A DNA stretch of 63,283 bases, counting the filler, from Octopus bimaculoides (Eukaryota), in NCBI RefSeq assembly GCF_001194135.2. It is 7 parts of 6 records of this genome, joined end to end, with 100 filler letters (N's around TTAATTAATTAA, not from the genome) between each part and the next. Parts side by side here need not be neighbours in the genome. Positions count along the whole stretch, not along the records: positions 1 to 23,457 come from NC_068985.1; positions 23,558 to 31,045 come from NC_068985.1; 5 more parts are not named here. One strand, written 5' to 3'. A program made the position numbers and the translations under genes. Under the pieces are notes generated by a model. It had not been told where the DNA came from. It was given only the letters and a program-made list of their open reading frames with translations, and searched no databases. Numbering within the stretch: position 1 is the first letter of the stretch; each line of letters opens with the position of its first letter. Below, piece by piece: positions 13,781-28,002 of the stretch.

Positions 13781-15525
13781 TATAAGATATGAATAGCAGT
13801 ACTACCTACTCGTATCATCTTGCGCTGAGAGCAATGAGATGGACACAGGAGAAAAGTTTTTAAAAAAAAACTATCATAGTGAGGCTAGACAGATTTGAAA
13901 ATATTTCGTGAAAGCAGCTATATTCTATTGAATTCTGGAAGTCTACGGTAATTCGAGAGAAAACACAAGAGTAGTTGATTAACTACTGATCCTAAAAGAG
14001 GAAGAATGAAGTATTACTGTGATCGACGAGGCTGCAGAAGACGAGAATCAGGGGTCCCTAGATGATATCTGGCTCATATCGCCCCTCATTAGCTTATAGC
14101 AATCCGATTAGTGTTTCAATGAATCATCTCTGCAAGATGGGTTCGGCTCGTAATAGGAATATATTTACTTACGGACAGGCACTCTTGAAACGGCTCAATT
14201 CATTTATCTCATGAATCCCACATTTCCATGACAGATCATAACCATACAAAACGTTCCTGGCGTGTTGTTGTTGTTGCTTTTGTTGCTATCGTTTTGCTCC
14301 ATGTCAAAACAGTCTATGAATAACATGATTGTTGTTGATGATTCAGAATTCTGTTATTGTTGTTGTTATTGAAGTTGTTCAGGTCACATCTGATCGATAA
14401 GGCCTTTGGTCACAGTTTTTCCAACTGTAACCATTTCGTCTCTTTGCTATTCAGAGCGTTTTGTCCACTTTGAGGCGACGTTAAAGTGTGATTTGAGACA
14501 CAATCTTAAAAATAATTTGTTGAACAGCCTTGTAAAATGTCTCTCATTAACTTGCATTCCATATTTGGCAGGGAATCAGTCTGTTGCTTCTTGTCTATTA
14601 TCAGATCACTATACCGAGAAAGGCTTTCCAGCAAACCCATTGAAGTCTTAATTAGACAATGTATATCATCCATCACACCCAGCCATCAATCCATCCATCT
14701 ATCCGTCCACTATTGTTGGGGTGGGGATAGAGTCCTCCTAAGGTTCCTATCAGAAGCAATTCTCATTACACAATCCATAAATCCCAAATATCATGCTTTC
14801 TTTTTCTTTTAGATAGTAAGATATGATTTAAAAACAGTTAATCTGCCACTTTCAGGATTTCGAGCGAGCGTATAGGGATCTATTTTATATGTACAAAATT
14901 TGGTAAGGGCTCAACGTGCGTATTCACTGCCCAATTCCTATTTTTAATTAGAAACGTTTCCTTTTCGTTGCTGAATCTTTTCTTTTAGGGATGGAAAGAG
15001 AAAAAAAAAAGAAAAAAGAAAAGAAAGAGAGAGAGGGGGGGGAGGAGAGAATGAAAGAAACAAGATGCTTCTTTAGCAAATCTCTTCGTATTTTATATCA
15101 CATGACTCCACGTGACCCTCTTGTATTTAAATCCCGTTACCCATAATTCTATTTCGTAATTACTCATTTCAACCTCCCATCAAAATATTTTGCTACTTAA
15201 TAATCTCTAAGACGGAAGACATGTTTGACAAGCATCATCTTAAAAAGTGATAAATGTCTTGTTTCAGGTTTCCAAGAAGTATTCACGCCGACCAAAACGT
15301 CTGTCAGTATCGGAATATCATATCACACACGTTTATACGCACAACATACATTATCCACATATTGTTTTATATGCGTGTGCTTGCGCGTGCGAGTACACAC
15401 ACACACAGGCACATATATACACAAACAGATATATATGTGTATATGTGTATGTATACATATCTATATACACACATTCATAAATATATAATAATATATATGT
15501 GTGTGTAAGTATATATACGTATGTA

Positions 15526-15561
<36 letters not shown>

Positions 15562-15974
15562 NNNNNNNNNNNNNNNNNNNNNNNNNNNNNNNNNNNNNNN
15601 NNNNNNNNNNNNNNNNNNNNNNNNNNNNNNNNNNNNNNNNNNNNNNNNNNNNNNNNNNNNNNNNNNNNNNNNNNNNNNNNNNNNNNNNNNNNNNNNNNNN
15701 NNNNNNNNNNNNNNNNNNNNNNNNNNNNNNNNNNNNNNNNNNNNNNNNNNNNNNNNNNNNNNNNNNNNNNNNNNNNNNNNNNNNNNNNNNNNNNNNNNNN
15801 NNNNNNNNNNNNNNNNNNNNNNNNNNNNNNNNNNNNNNNNNNNNNNNNNNNNNNNNNNNNNNNNNNNNNNNNNNNNNNNNNNNNNNNNNNNNNNNNNNNN
15901 NNNNNNNNNNNNNNNNNNNNNNNNNNNNNNNNNNNNNNNNNNNNNNNNNNNNNNNNNNNNNNNNNNNNNNNNNN

Positions 15975-15982
15975 GATGATGA

Positions 15983-16014
<32 letters not shown>

Positions 16015-17340
16015 CGGCGGCGGCGGCGGCGGCGGTGGCGGTGGTGGTGGTGGTGGCGGCGGCGGTAGTGATAATGATGATGATGGGAGTGATGATGGCC
16101 GCGGTTGCGGTGATAATGATGATGACGAAGATGATGACAACGATGGTTGTAGTAGTAGTAGTAGTAGTAGTGCTTGAAGTAGATGTGTTTGCGGTCGAGG
16201 TGTTTGTAGTGGTGGTGATGGTGGTAGTGGGTGATGACGATGATGATGTTGATAATGATGATGTTGATGATGATGATGATGATAATGATGATGATGATAA
16301 TGATGTGGTGATGTGGCGATAGTGGTGGTAGTGGTGGTGGTGGCTGTGGTGTTGGTGGTTTTGATGGTGGTGGTAGTTGTGTTGATGGTGGTAGTGGTGG
16401 TTTTGGTGGTGGTGGTGGTGGTGGTGGTGGTGGTGATGGTTTGATTAGGATGTGGATTTTTCTTTGTATCCACAGTAGTTCATGGCGCTACAATCCATTT
16501 CCCCCACTTACTTTCATTTTTCCTCTTTTTTTCTTTTCCTTCTCGTCATCGTTATTACCATCCTCGTCATCGCCGTCATTGTTGTCATCATCGTTGTCAT
16601 CGTTGTGGTTGCAATGACAACTATTGTTGCTGGCATGTTTGCTGTCGTGTTCAAATTTTTACGACTGTAAAGCGTCATGTCACCTTAAGGTCGGCTGGTC
16701 GTAAAGTACAGAGGAGAGGTCCATAAGATCGGAGTCTTCGTCTTAGAATATCAAATGACTGAACCACAATACGACACTTAAGTTGCAGCCAGTTTTTCTC
16801 TCTCTCTAATCTGCTTGTTGCACGCTACTTATTGGTGCTAAAACGGGAAGGAAGGAAGGAAGGAAGGAAGGAGAGGAAATAGTCACAACAATAATTACCA
16901 CCACCACCATTACTACCACCATCACCACCATTACTACCATCATCACCACTACTACCACCACTACCACCGCCACTGACTACACAAACAAACCACCACCACC
17001 ACCACCNNNNNNNNNNNNNNNNNNNNNNNNNNNNNNNNNNNNNNNNNNNNNNNNNNNNNNNNNNNNNNNNNNNNNNNNNNNNNNNNNNNNNNNNNNNNNN
17101 NNNNNNNNNNNNNNNNNNNNNNNNNNNNNNNNNNNNNNNNNNNNNNNNNNNNNNNNNNNNNNNNNNNNNNNNNNNNNNNNNNNNNNNNNNNNNNNNNNNN
17201 NNNNNNNNNNNNNNNNNNNNNNNNNNNNNNNNNNNNNNNNNNNNNNNNNNNNNNNNNNNNNNNNNNNNNNNNNNNNNNNNNNNNNACCACCACCACCACC
17301 ACCACCACCACCACCACAATCACCTCCCCCCCCACTACTA
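15975..17340. repeat. Compound (GAT/GGT/GGC)n and (ACC)n low-complexity tracts
   Basis: Direct inspection. Confidence 0.9.
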
Positions 17341-17944
17341 CTGCAACCATTACGCCTACTACGGGAAGGGAATGAATGAGTCTTGGCACCAAGCTGATGC
17401 TTTTATTAGGAGATATAAAAGTATCGCGTTCTGAATTATTTTCATACATTGATGTGGATAAATAAATGAAAGGGTAGATGCAAGGGTGGATGGGTAGGTA
17501 GATGGATAAGTTGAAGCGTAGGTCAAAAGTGGATGGATTGCTGGATGGATGGATGAAGGGTGTGGCTGGATAGGTGTGTGAATGGTGGATAATGCAGTAG
17601 CAGGTTGGACGGACAGATGGATGGATGGATGGATGGATGTGTAGTGCAGATGGAACCCTATTTGGATGCATAGATAGACAAATCGATCGATAGAGATAAA
17701 TAGATAGACACACAGACAGACAGACTGACAATAGGCAGACAGATAGATAAATAGATAAATGTTTCACTATGTGTGTTTATTAAATATGTGCTTCTTTCAG
17801 TGGACAGGAAACTATACCACTCAGTGTCAACATGTTTTAAATTCACATTTTAATTTAGGTTGTTTTTTTTTCACCCCAGACAAATATATTCTGAAATGTT
17901 TTATGCATAGAAACCGAGAAATACACCCGGTCGTTCCTTTGGGT

Positions 17945-18160
17945 GGAGGCGCGTGGCTTAGTGTTTAGGGTGCTGGACATATGATCGTAAAATTGTGGTT
18001 TCGTTTCCTGGACCAGGCGATGCGTTGTGTTCTTGCTCCAGTCCATTCATTCGGCAAAAATGAGTAATCCTGCTACGGACTGGCGTTCCGTCCAGGAGGA
18101 GAATATATATATGCCACGAAAACCGGGAAATGACTCAATATGACACGGGAAGGAACTTTA
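17945..18160 (+). mobile_element. tRNA-derived SINE (GGAGGCGCGTGGCTTAGTG family); related copies at about 25787-25990 (+) and 52270-52410 (-)
   Basis: A-box-like TGGCTTAGTG, B-box-like GGTTTCGTTTCC, shared gttgtgttcttg and ttgctccagtcca segments. Confidence 0.8.
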
Positions 18161-19117
18161 CTTTTCTTTCCACTTTTCGACAATGAAACATCTTATTGAA
18201 TCTTGTTCAGTTAAAACATTCTCAGCCAAAGTTTTTAAAGAACTACTTCATTTTTAACAAACTATAAAGTCATCTATTCAAATTTCCATCCATGTAATAT
18301 GCATCCATCAATCTTCTCCATCTATTCACTCAAATATCTAAATTCACCCCTCCTCCATCCAAATTTCCGTCTGCTTATCGAACTTTCAATTCATCCATCT
18401 TCCTAGTCATTTATCCAGACCAACCATCCGTCAGTCTAAACATCTACCTCTCTGGCTATTAAACTACGCAGTCATCCGGTTATCTGCTTATCCATCCATC
18501 CCTTCATCTAACAGTTCATCATTCTATCCACACAAGCCTCTATTTTTCATCTATCTATCTATCAATCCGTTCATCTGTCTCTCCGTTCATCTGTCTCTCC
18601 GTTCATCTGTCTCTCTGTCTGTCTCACACTCACTCTCTCACTCTCTCCCTCTTTCTTTCTCTATCTATACATACATACATACATATATACATACATACGT
18701 ATGCATGCATGCATGCATGTATGTATGTATGTATGTATGTATGTATGTATGTATGTATGTATGTATGTATGTATGTATGTATACGAACATTAGTATCGCT
18801 GCTCAGCAGCAATGAGGAATGAATGAAATTTCGGCTACTAAAGATATGTTTGTGACATTTTAACTTCTGGAGGCAAATTCACCGAGTTGCTGTAGAGAAA
18901 CAAATTCTCACTGAGGAGATAGGGTGTTTTTATACCTTTTACCATAAATGTTCAAAGAATATATACAAATTCTACCAAACGGAACAAACGGAAAATACAC
19001 GCACAGAAAGTCACTAGATCCTCATCAGTTATCGTTCATAGGAACATAACAATTTCATGCATTTAATGATAACATTGTTCTCTATAGGTGGAGGCAGCGA
19101 TGAGAAGCCGCTGAGAA

Positions 19118-19152
<35 letters not shown>

Positions 19153-19789
19153 CAAGAAATTAACTGCATAAAAGTCAATACAAAGAGTACTCCATCCACA
19201 CACACACATATGCACAAATACCTAGATGATGTTGATAAAAGTTCCAATGAAGGAGCCTTGAATCTGTGTTAGAGTCCGGCTTTTTCTCTATGGACAAGAA
19301 ATACAGAAATGAAACTGATTGACATACATACATACATACATACTCTTGTGAGAGTGCATACCCGTCGCTAACAAAGCGACAAGACTTTTTGAGTTAAGAA
19401 ACTTCCCGTTGTGGTTGAGTTGGTTGAAGTGTGTGCATCAATTCACACAAGAATCTCACATGAAGAATTTTTGGAATGTCTTACAGATTTTTATTGTGCC
19501 ACAAATAGATTGGATTTGGAGAATCTGCATCAGTTTATTTTGCTCTTATTCCGTGAAATCGAGTATTTCTAAGTATTTGTTAAAAAATGTTGGTACATAA
19601 GCTAATGCATATATGATGATAGGTACAAGTGAAAATTCTTAGTCAGTGTACAACAACTGTAAGTTCGGCGATAATTCACCATGAATAGTCTTTTGTATGT
19701 ATGTAATTATGTATGTATGTATGTATTCCTGTGTGTGTGTATGAGAGTGTGTGCATGTGTGTGTATTTATGTCTTAAGTGTAAGGAGGG

Positions 19790-20330
19790 AATTGTCTATG
19801 AAATCTGGTGAACCTTCTTTTAGACAATGCACCAAGTCACCCAGCGCACTTAGATGACCTTTCTGATAATTTGAGAGAAGAACATATCCTCAAGAATACA
19901 ACTTACTTGTTACAGCTAATGTATCCGCAACTTTAAAATGATCTCCTCAAGCAGAAAGTCTACATCAAATTCGGAAAGATATTGTGACATTTAAAGAGAT
20001 ATTGCGACATTTAAGGAAGTCATAGAAAATGATGTGATTAACTTGCTGGTGTCCCAGAAAGAAAGATTATCTAACGAGGGACTGATGCTATGAGAAAAAG
20101 GACAAGCTGAGTATACAAATGGGACAACGATATTTCTATCTACACCACTTAAATTGGCTATAAAAATTATTTCTAAAGAGTTGGCACTTATAGAAGAAGC
20201 TCTGCAGATACTCGTTGATATTCATCCTAATCGTGAACGTAACATAGACATTACAAGAGCAGTTTACAATGAGGTCAGTTCCTATACTGAGTTGTACAAA
20301 GAGATAATGCGTCATAAACAATAACTTCGG
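19790..20330 (+). mobile_element. Decayed pogo/Tigger-type transposase fragment
   Basis: LLLDNAPSHPAHLDDLS...KNTTYLLQLM resembles the Tigger LLLDNAPGHP...PNTTSLIQPMD motif. Downstream EVIENDVINLL...LIEEALQILVDIHPNRER...SYTELY resembles the Tigger C-terminus. Confidence 0.75.
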
Positions 20331-20769
20331 AAAAGTTCATCACTCCTGAAGCTGATGATGATAATAATGAGCTATAAGATAAATATAGTCCCTCATCCTC
20401 ATAGTAATGGTCATTCTACCACCACCCTGGGGCATCGCATTTAGTAAATATGCATATATATTACATCATGATGAACCATTAATCCTTACACTTTTTCCTC
20501 CGTTTTTTTGTTTGTTTGTCTTTTTTCCTCTCCTTTTTCCTCTCAATCCTTTCTTCTGTCGAAGAGCGTAGGCTCGAAGCATCAAGGGCTTCTCCATTCT
20601 TCCCAAGCATCAAACTAATACACCTGCTTGTTGTTCTTTCACTTGTCTTTGTCTTTTGTTTCCTGTAAATTTGAACGCGATATGTATGTGTGCGAGTGTG
20701 CGTGCGCGTGCGTGCGTGTGCGTGAGTGTGTCTGTCTCTGTGTATGTATGTATGTATGTATGTATGTAT

Positions 20770-20987
20770 ATAATATCTGGGCTACATGAGTGGAACCTCA
20801 AAAGTGGTAAATATCCAAGCGAGGTGTATATTGCAGGCTACTCTTCCGGACGAATATATCTTGATTAAATGAAATGTTAGTCATAATATCCTCAGCCTGA
20901 CGTGTAGCCTGCGGTATATACCTCGCTTGAATATTTACCACTTTTGAGGTTCTACTCACCGTGAAACCTATGTAGCTCGGATCTTAT
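20770..20987. mobile_element. Fold-back / MITE-like inverted repeat
   Basis: Arms 20788-20841 and 20904-20957 are 54-bp reverse complements with 5 mismatches and a 62-bp spacer. Outer arms 20770-20787 and 20970-20987 also pair, across a 12-nt indel. Confidence 0.8.
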
Positions 20988-22602
20988 CCACCCCATTTCC
21001 GTAACTTTTGTATTCTTTTGCGGACGCCCGGTAACCCTGAAATATAAAAAGAACTTTCTTCAGTTTATTGTACTTCAATACGAAAATAATCCAAAACGTT
21101 CCGTTTCAATAAACCACTATTGTTCTTGAAAGTAGTTTTTTATATTTACTACGGACTACTTCAATCTAACTTTCTTCCTGGATCTCCATATATATATATA
21201 TATATANNNNNNNNNNNNNNNNNNNNNNNNNNNNNNNNNNNNNNNNNNNNNNNNNNNNNNNNNNNNNNNNNNNNNNNNNNNNNNNNNNNNNNNNNNNNNN
21301 NNNNNNNNNNNNNNNNNNNNNNNNNNNNNNNNNNNNNNNNNNNNNNNNNNNNNNNNNNNNNNNNNNNNNNNNNNNNNNNNNNNNNNNNNNNNNNNNNNNN
21401 NNNNNNNNNNNNNNNNNNNNNNNNNNNNNNNNNNNNNNNNNNNNNNNNNNNNNNNNNNNNNNNNNNNNNNNNNNNNNNNNNNNNNNNNNNNNNNNNNNNN
21501 NNNNNNNNNNNNNNNNNNNNNNNNNNNNNNNNNNNNNNNNNNNNNNNNNNNNNNNNNNNNNNNNNNNNNNNNNNNNNNNNNNNNNNNNNNNNNNNNNNNN
21601 NNNNNNNNNNNNNNNNNNNNNNNNNNNNNNNNNNNNNNNNNNNNNNNNNNNNNNNNNNNNNNNNNNNNNNNNNNNNNNNNNNNNNNNNNNNNNNNNNNNN
21701 NNNNNNNNNNNNNNNNNNNNNNNNNNNNNNNNNNNNNNNNNNNNNNNNNNNNNNNNNNNNNNNNNNNNNNNNNNNNNNNNNNNNNNNNNNNNNNNNNNNN
21801 NNNNNNNNNNNNNNNNNNNNNNNNNNNNNNNNNNNNNNNNNNNNNNNNNNNNNNNNNNNNNNNNNNNNNNNNNNNNNNNNNNNNNNNNNNNNNNNNNNNN
21901 NNNNNNNNNNNNNNNNNNNNNNNNNNNNNNNNNNNNNNNNNNNNNNNNNNNNNNNNNNNNNNNNNNNNNNNNNNNNNNNNNNNNNNNNNNNNNNNNNNNN
22001 NNNNNNNNNNNNNNNNNNNNNNNNNNNNNNNNNNNNNNNNNNNNNNNNNNNNNNNNNNNNNNNNNNNNNNNNNNNNNNNNNNNNNNNNNNNNNNNNNNNN
22101 NNNNNNNNNNNNNNNNNNNNNNNNNNNNNNNNNNNNNNNNNNNNNNNNNNNNNNNNNNNNNNNNNNNNNNNNNNNNNNNNNNNNNNNNNATATATATACA
22201 CACATTAGTATCAGTGCTCGGCAGTGATGAGGAATAAATGAAGTTTAGGTTACAGTAGATATGACTGTGACATATTTAACTTCTATAGGCAAATTCACTG
22301 CATTACTTTGAAGAAATTTGTTCTCGCTGAAGTGATTTTACGCCTTTTACCATAATACTCCTTTGTTGTACAAATATTCAGGTTTGTATGCATTTATGCA
22401 TTTTTATATAGGCTCGTGTCCATGTTTACAAGCATATTTGCATATTTACACGCTCATGCGCAATCACACGCACATTCATTCACACGCGCGCGCAAACACA
22501 TATAGATCCGGGAAAACCCCCACGCACATACATTGTCATTTGTATTATACTTCATATTTTGTCAGCAAACATGTTAGCACCCATAGGCCTAAGGATATCT
22601 GA

Positions 22603-22666
<64 letters not shown>

Positions 22667-22788
22667 TGCATTTACCAACACTTTGTTACTTTCGTTACTA
22701 CGAATCATCACTACGGACATACGCACATACATATGTGCGTGTGTATCTGTTTGTATATATGTAACGGTATATGTAGACACACACACAA

Positions 22789-22868
<80 letters not shown>

Positions 22869-23299
22869 CATACACATAAATGCTCACCACCAGCACATAT
22901 ATTCACATACATATATATATTATTCGATATTACCTGTCCGAATTCCACCTAATGTCAATCAATAGACAGCAGTTTACCGAATTCAGATAAGAAATCAAAA
23001 TTTATCTTTGTCTGTCGCAACACTGACCAGAAATCTATTTATAGTTCTGCAGACGTAGGATATATAAATTGTTTTCAAATCAGATAAAAATACACGGACA
23101 TGAGCATGAATCACAACACTAAAGTGCTAGCGCTTGGCATAACTTCCATCTCAGTGTGATAGCTTCAAATAATAACAGATAAGCAATGACGTATACTACA
23201 GAATGTTTGGTTCGTTACGAAAAGCCAATTTTTTTTACAAAGTAGATTCTTATTATTGTCCTAAATAGTTTTTGCGAACTTTAAGGCCAATATAGAAAA

Positions 23300-23423
<124 letters not shown>

Positions 23424-23457
23424 TTCAGTAGTTTTATTTTTATAACGTGCTTTCACT

Positions 23458-23557
23458 NNNNNNNNNNNNNNNNNNNNNNNNNNNNNNNNNNNNNNNNNNN
23501 NTTAATTAATTAANNNNNNNNNNNNNNNNNNNNNNNNNNNNNNNNNNNNNNNNNNNN
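23458..23557. other. Artificial assembly spacer 44 N + TTAATTAATTAA + 44 N (also 31046-31145, 44224-44323, 52978-53077, 56497-56596, 62130-62229)
   Basis: Six identical 100-bp cassettes; the 12-mer is a palindrome with stops in all six frames. Confidence 0.95.
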
Positions 23558-24036
23558 TACATATGCACACACACATACATACATACATATATATATGTGT
23601 ATATATGAATGGAATGGTATGTATTTTGAAACTGGGTACATCATTAAGGTAGGTGAAATCTTACTGGTAAGTAACATACCACCTTAACAGGTGAACCAGC
23701 ACACCTCTATAGTTACTGATTGTACACTTTTACAAGCATACACCCACACACAAATAAGCACACACACATCTAATTTATGTATTCAGATATGTTTAACATT
23801 ATAGATAATGCTATTAAGAATTGCTGATTAAAATCAAGCTACTTCCTAATTAGATGATATAAATATATTGGTGGCAATAGTTCCAAAAGCAGTATGTAGA
23901 CACCCAGATATTTCCGAGAAACAGGAACTATTTCAGCTTTTAGTAATGCAGTTCTAATTATAGGAATTTAACTTTGGCTCAGGAACATATAATGTTACTG
24001 TGATTCATAAGTGATTGTTAGTTTTTTTATTACATA

Positions 24037-24185
24037 GGCACAGGTGTGGCTGTGTAGTGAGAAGTTTGTTTCTCAACCTCATGGTTCTGGGTTCAGTCCC
24101 ACTGTATGGCACCTTAGGCAAGTGGCTTCTACTACAGCCCTGAGGGCCAACCAAAGCCTTTTGGGTGGATTTGGAAAACGGAAAC
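24037..24185 (+). mobile_element. SINE, same family as 150-292
   Basis: gtggctgtgtagtgagaag...gggttcagtcccact...ggcaagtggcttctacta...ggaaacac. Confidence 0.85.
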
Positions 24186-25035
24186 ACATACATACTTTTA
24201 TACATACATACATACATACATACACACACTGGAACTGTAAAAATCTGTAAAACTTTCCAGACATTTATCATTTAAGTATATATGAGCATGTCTAGATATG
24301 CAAGTATATGCATGAGAAGACATACATAAAACAAAACATATAAATCTGTACATATACAAACATACATACAAAAATACCCTTTGTTGATGTTGAAATTCCA
24401 ATAAACGAGCCTTGGATCTAGGTTAGAAACTGACTCTTTCTCTATATATGTAATATCTGTGACTACACTGTTTTCTTTCTTTCTATCCCTCTAGCTTTTC
24501 CATTTCTCCCCCTCTCTACTATCTTTCGTTCCTTCTCCTCACTACCTATGTTTCTTTCTCACATTCTTTCTCTTGTCCCCCTTCCCCTCTGCCTATTGCT
24601 CACACATGACTACAGGCCATTTCTCTCACTCCTGTCTTTTCTGGACAAGATGTCTACCAGGCTCGACATCGTTTCTCTTGCCTCCCAACATTTTTTCTCT
24701 TCTACTATTTTCTTCTCTTCTATTTATTCTATTTCTTTTTAAAATTTCTTCCGGCATCACATGTTTTTCTTTGTTGATTGTTTACTTTGTACGTCCACTC
24801 TGTTGTTGATTGTTCAAAGCCCTAACTCTCCACAAATTTTATATGTAAAAAATTTCTGCATGCTGCTATGTCTTATGAAGTTTTCCTATCTTGTTTTTGA
24901 AAGCACGAAATAGGGAGTAGTAAAACAGTTGACAACTGACAAGCAAGTTAACTTCTTTGGGGTATTTTGTCCTGTACTTATCTCTCGTGTGTTTACATAT
25001 TTTTCACTCATTGGTGATGTCCTGTACTTAATGTG

Positions 25036-25077
<42 letters not shown>

Positions 25078-26910
25078 TCTTCAGTACCACTATCATTTAA
25101 TGTTCATGTTCAAACTGGCATGGATTGGATGGTTTGACAAGATCTGATGGGTTCAAGAACTGCATTGTGCTTCAGTGTCTGCATTAACATGGTTCCTATT
25201 GCATAATACTCTTCGTAATGCCAACCACTTTAGAACATGTGCTGGGAACTTTTCCCATGACACCAGCACTTGTGAGGTTGCCATACAGCTTTCATGACCA
25301 TAAGCCTTGAGGAGGGAACTTTACAGTAGGAATGAAAGAAAGGGCTACAGCAGAACAGGTTTCTCGCTGCAGAGGATCTATGTGATTACTCACATTTTAG
25401 AAGAAAGGGAAAGAGTTATCATGCTGAGTTGGAAAGAGATAAAAACATTGGTGATGAAGTGTCAGGGTGGATCCTCAAGGTACGAGGAGGGTAGAAATGA
25501 GAAGGACCAGGAATATGGGTGGATGGAGGTTGCAAGGAGGCAGGGAATGAAAGATGAGAAATGGGTAAGGTGAGAGGTGGTAGGTGACCACTGTAAAGAC
25601 TGGGTAGGGTTGAAGGTGAATGTAGTGAATGACCAATGATACAAGAGTTAAAGGAGGAGGTAGGAAAGAGAAGGAGATGATTGACAGTGCAGAGCAGCAG
25701 AACAGTAACGATGATGCAGTAGGCAGGAGAAGGACAAGAGAGAAATGACATGTGTGACTGGCAAGTTGTAGGAGAGTGGGTGGGACGATAAAAGCAATGG
25801 TTAGGGTGTTGCACTCATGTTTATGAGATTGTGAGTTCAATTCCAGGACTAAACAGTGTGTTGTGCTTTTGAGCAAAACGCTTCATCTCTCATTGTTCTG
25901 CAATCACTTCGACGTCTGATGTATAGCACACCATGCACCTGTACAGGTAATATCAATTTCATGAAGAGAGTGAGCACAAACATTTGATCACTATAAAGAA
26001 ATTGTCTGTGATGTTCAGCATGAAATTGCAGAACTAACTTATATATATGTATATATCTGTAGCTGTATCTGTGTGTGTGTGCATGCATGTGTGTATGTGC
26101 GTGCATGTGCATGTTCATACATGTGTGCATGTGTATGTGTGCATATGTATGTGTTTGCATGTGTGTGTGTGTGTGGTGTGTGTGTGTGCGCGTGCATGCA
26201 GAAGAAAAAGAGAAAGAAGAAATCGATTGCCTTTTAATCTGCAATATAATTGAATTTAGAACTGCCATCCACCCACTCCAACACAGGAACTTGTTGCATA
26301 GTGCCACAGTTGAGAAACGACCATTTCTTTCTTCATACTTGTACCTCCTACCTGTTAGTGCTAAATACCAATCTGTTTACCAACACACTCTTTTCACCTT
26401 GAATCTTCTATCTCCTTCTTCTAACAGCTGCATTCTAACCCAGTTTATTTGAACAACTTGCTTGTTTACAGCTTACCAACAGTTTTATTAGCAAGCATCA
26501 GTTTCTACTTTGGAACAGTCTCTGTACAGTTTTCGACAGTCTGTCTGACCGTCTGTCTGTCTGGCTGACCGTCTGTTTGGCTGACCGTCTGTCTGTCTGA
26601 CCGTCCGTTTGTCTGTCTGTCTCACAGATGTTATTACTGCTACCTATTCACCCATATATTTTGTTTTTCTCTGCAAAATTAATCATGTGTCAATGTTTGT
26701 CTGGGTACCTTATAAACTTGTCCCTACAAGTTCACCATAGGCCACAAGCATGCATATTTCCAAAAAGATCCTTTTTAATATGTTGGTATTACAGTTTAGA
26801 ATGGAACGAATGAGACCTACATCTCATTCTTTCGTCATTTTGTTAAAGACTTTGTTGCTTATGTAAGCTATCATTTATATTGATGTATAGGTGCAGTAAT
26901 ATCACATAAG

Positions 26911-26941
<31 letters not shown>

Positions 26942-27172
26942 CTCCATACACACACACGCGTGCATTATATTCCAGGCAGACGCCCCATACATATAATGGA
27001 TACGTGTGTAGGCAACAGTTTTATGCGCCCAGCAAATTATACTAGCCTACCACACACACACACACACACAAACATACATATACACACATCTTTAAAAGGT
27101 GTCAGTCACTTCAAAGTTTCGTCAAGTATAGTTTTGTAAGCTCTCTGTGAGTGTACATGTATGTGTGCGTGC

Positions 27173-27205
<33 letters not shown>

Positions 27206-27956
27206 NNNNNNNNNNNNNNNNNNNNNNNNNNNNNNNNNNNNNNNNNNNNNNNNNNNNNNNNNNNNNNNNNNNNNNNNNNNNNNNNNNNNNNNNNNNNNNN
27301 NNNNNNNNNNNNNNNNNNNNNNNNNNNNNNNNNNNNNNNNNNNNNNNNNNNNNNNNNNNNNNNNNNNNNNNNNNNNNNNNNNNNNNNNNNNNNNNNNNNN
27401 NNNNNNNNNNNNNNNNNNNNNNNNNNNNNNNNNNNNNNNNNNNNNNNNNNNNNNNNNNNNNNNNNNNNNNNNNNNNNNNNNNNNNNNNNNNNNNNNNNNN
27501 NNNNNNNNNNNNNNNNNNNNNNNNNNNNNNNNNNNNNNNNNNNNNNNNNNNNNNNNNNNNNNNNNNNNNNNNNNNNNNNNNNNNNNNNNNNNNNNNNNNN
27601 NNNNNNNNNNNNNNNNNNNNNNNNNNNNNNNNNNNNNNNNNNNNNNNNNNNNNNNNNNNNNNNNNNNNNNNNNNNNNNNNNNNNNNNNNNNNNNNNNNNN
27701 NNNNNNNNNNNNNNNNNNNNNNNNNNNNNNNNNNNNNNNNNNNNNNNNNNNNNNNNNNNNNNNNNNNNNNNNNNNNNNNNNNNNNNNNNNNNNNNNNNNN
27801 NNNNNNNNNNNNNNNNNNNNNNNNNNNNNNNNNNNNNNNNNNNNNNNNNNNNNNNNNNNNNNNNNNNNNNNNNNNNNNNNNNNNNNNNNNNNNNNNNNNN
27901 NNNNNNNNNNNNNNNNNNNNNNNNNNNNNNNNNNNNNNNNNNNNNNNNNNNNNNNN

Positions 27957-28002
<46 letters not shown>

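Noticed and set aside
14172-14255. Minus-strand open 84-nt stretch ending in a strong gtaagt donor (NVLYGYDLSWKCGIHEINELSRFKSACP)
   Set aside because: The acceptor lacks a pyrimidine tract (aacaacaacacgccag) and the peptide has no recognisable family.
22934-23070. Minus-strand acceptor/donor pair (ctgcag ... ACAG|gtaata)
   Set aside because: Stops in all three frames; at most a non-coding exon, with no further support.
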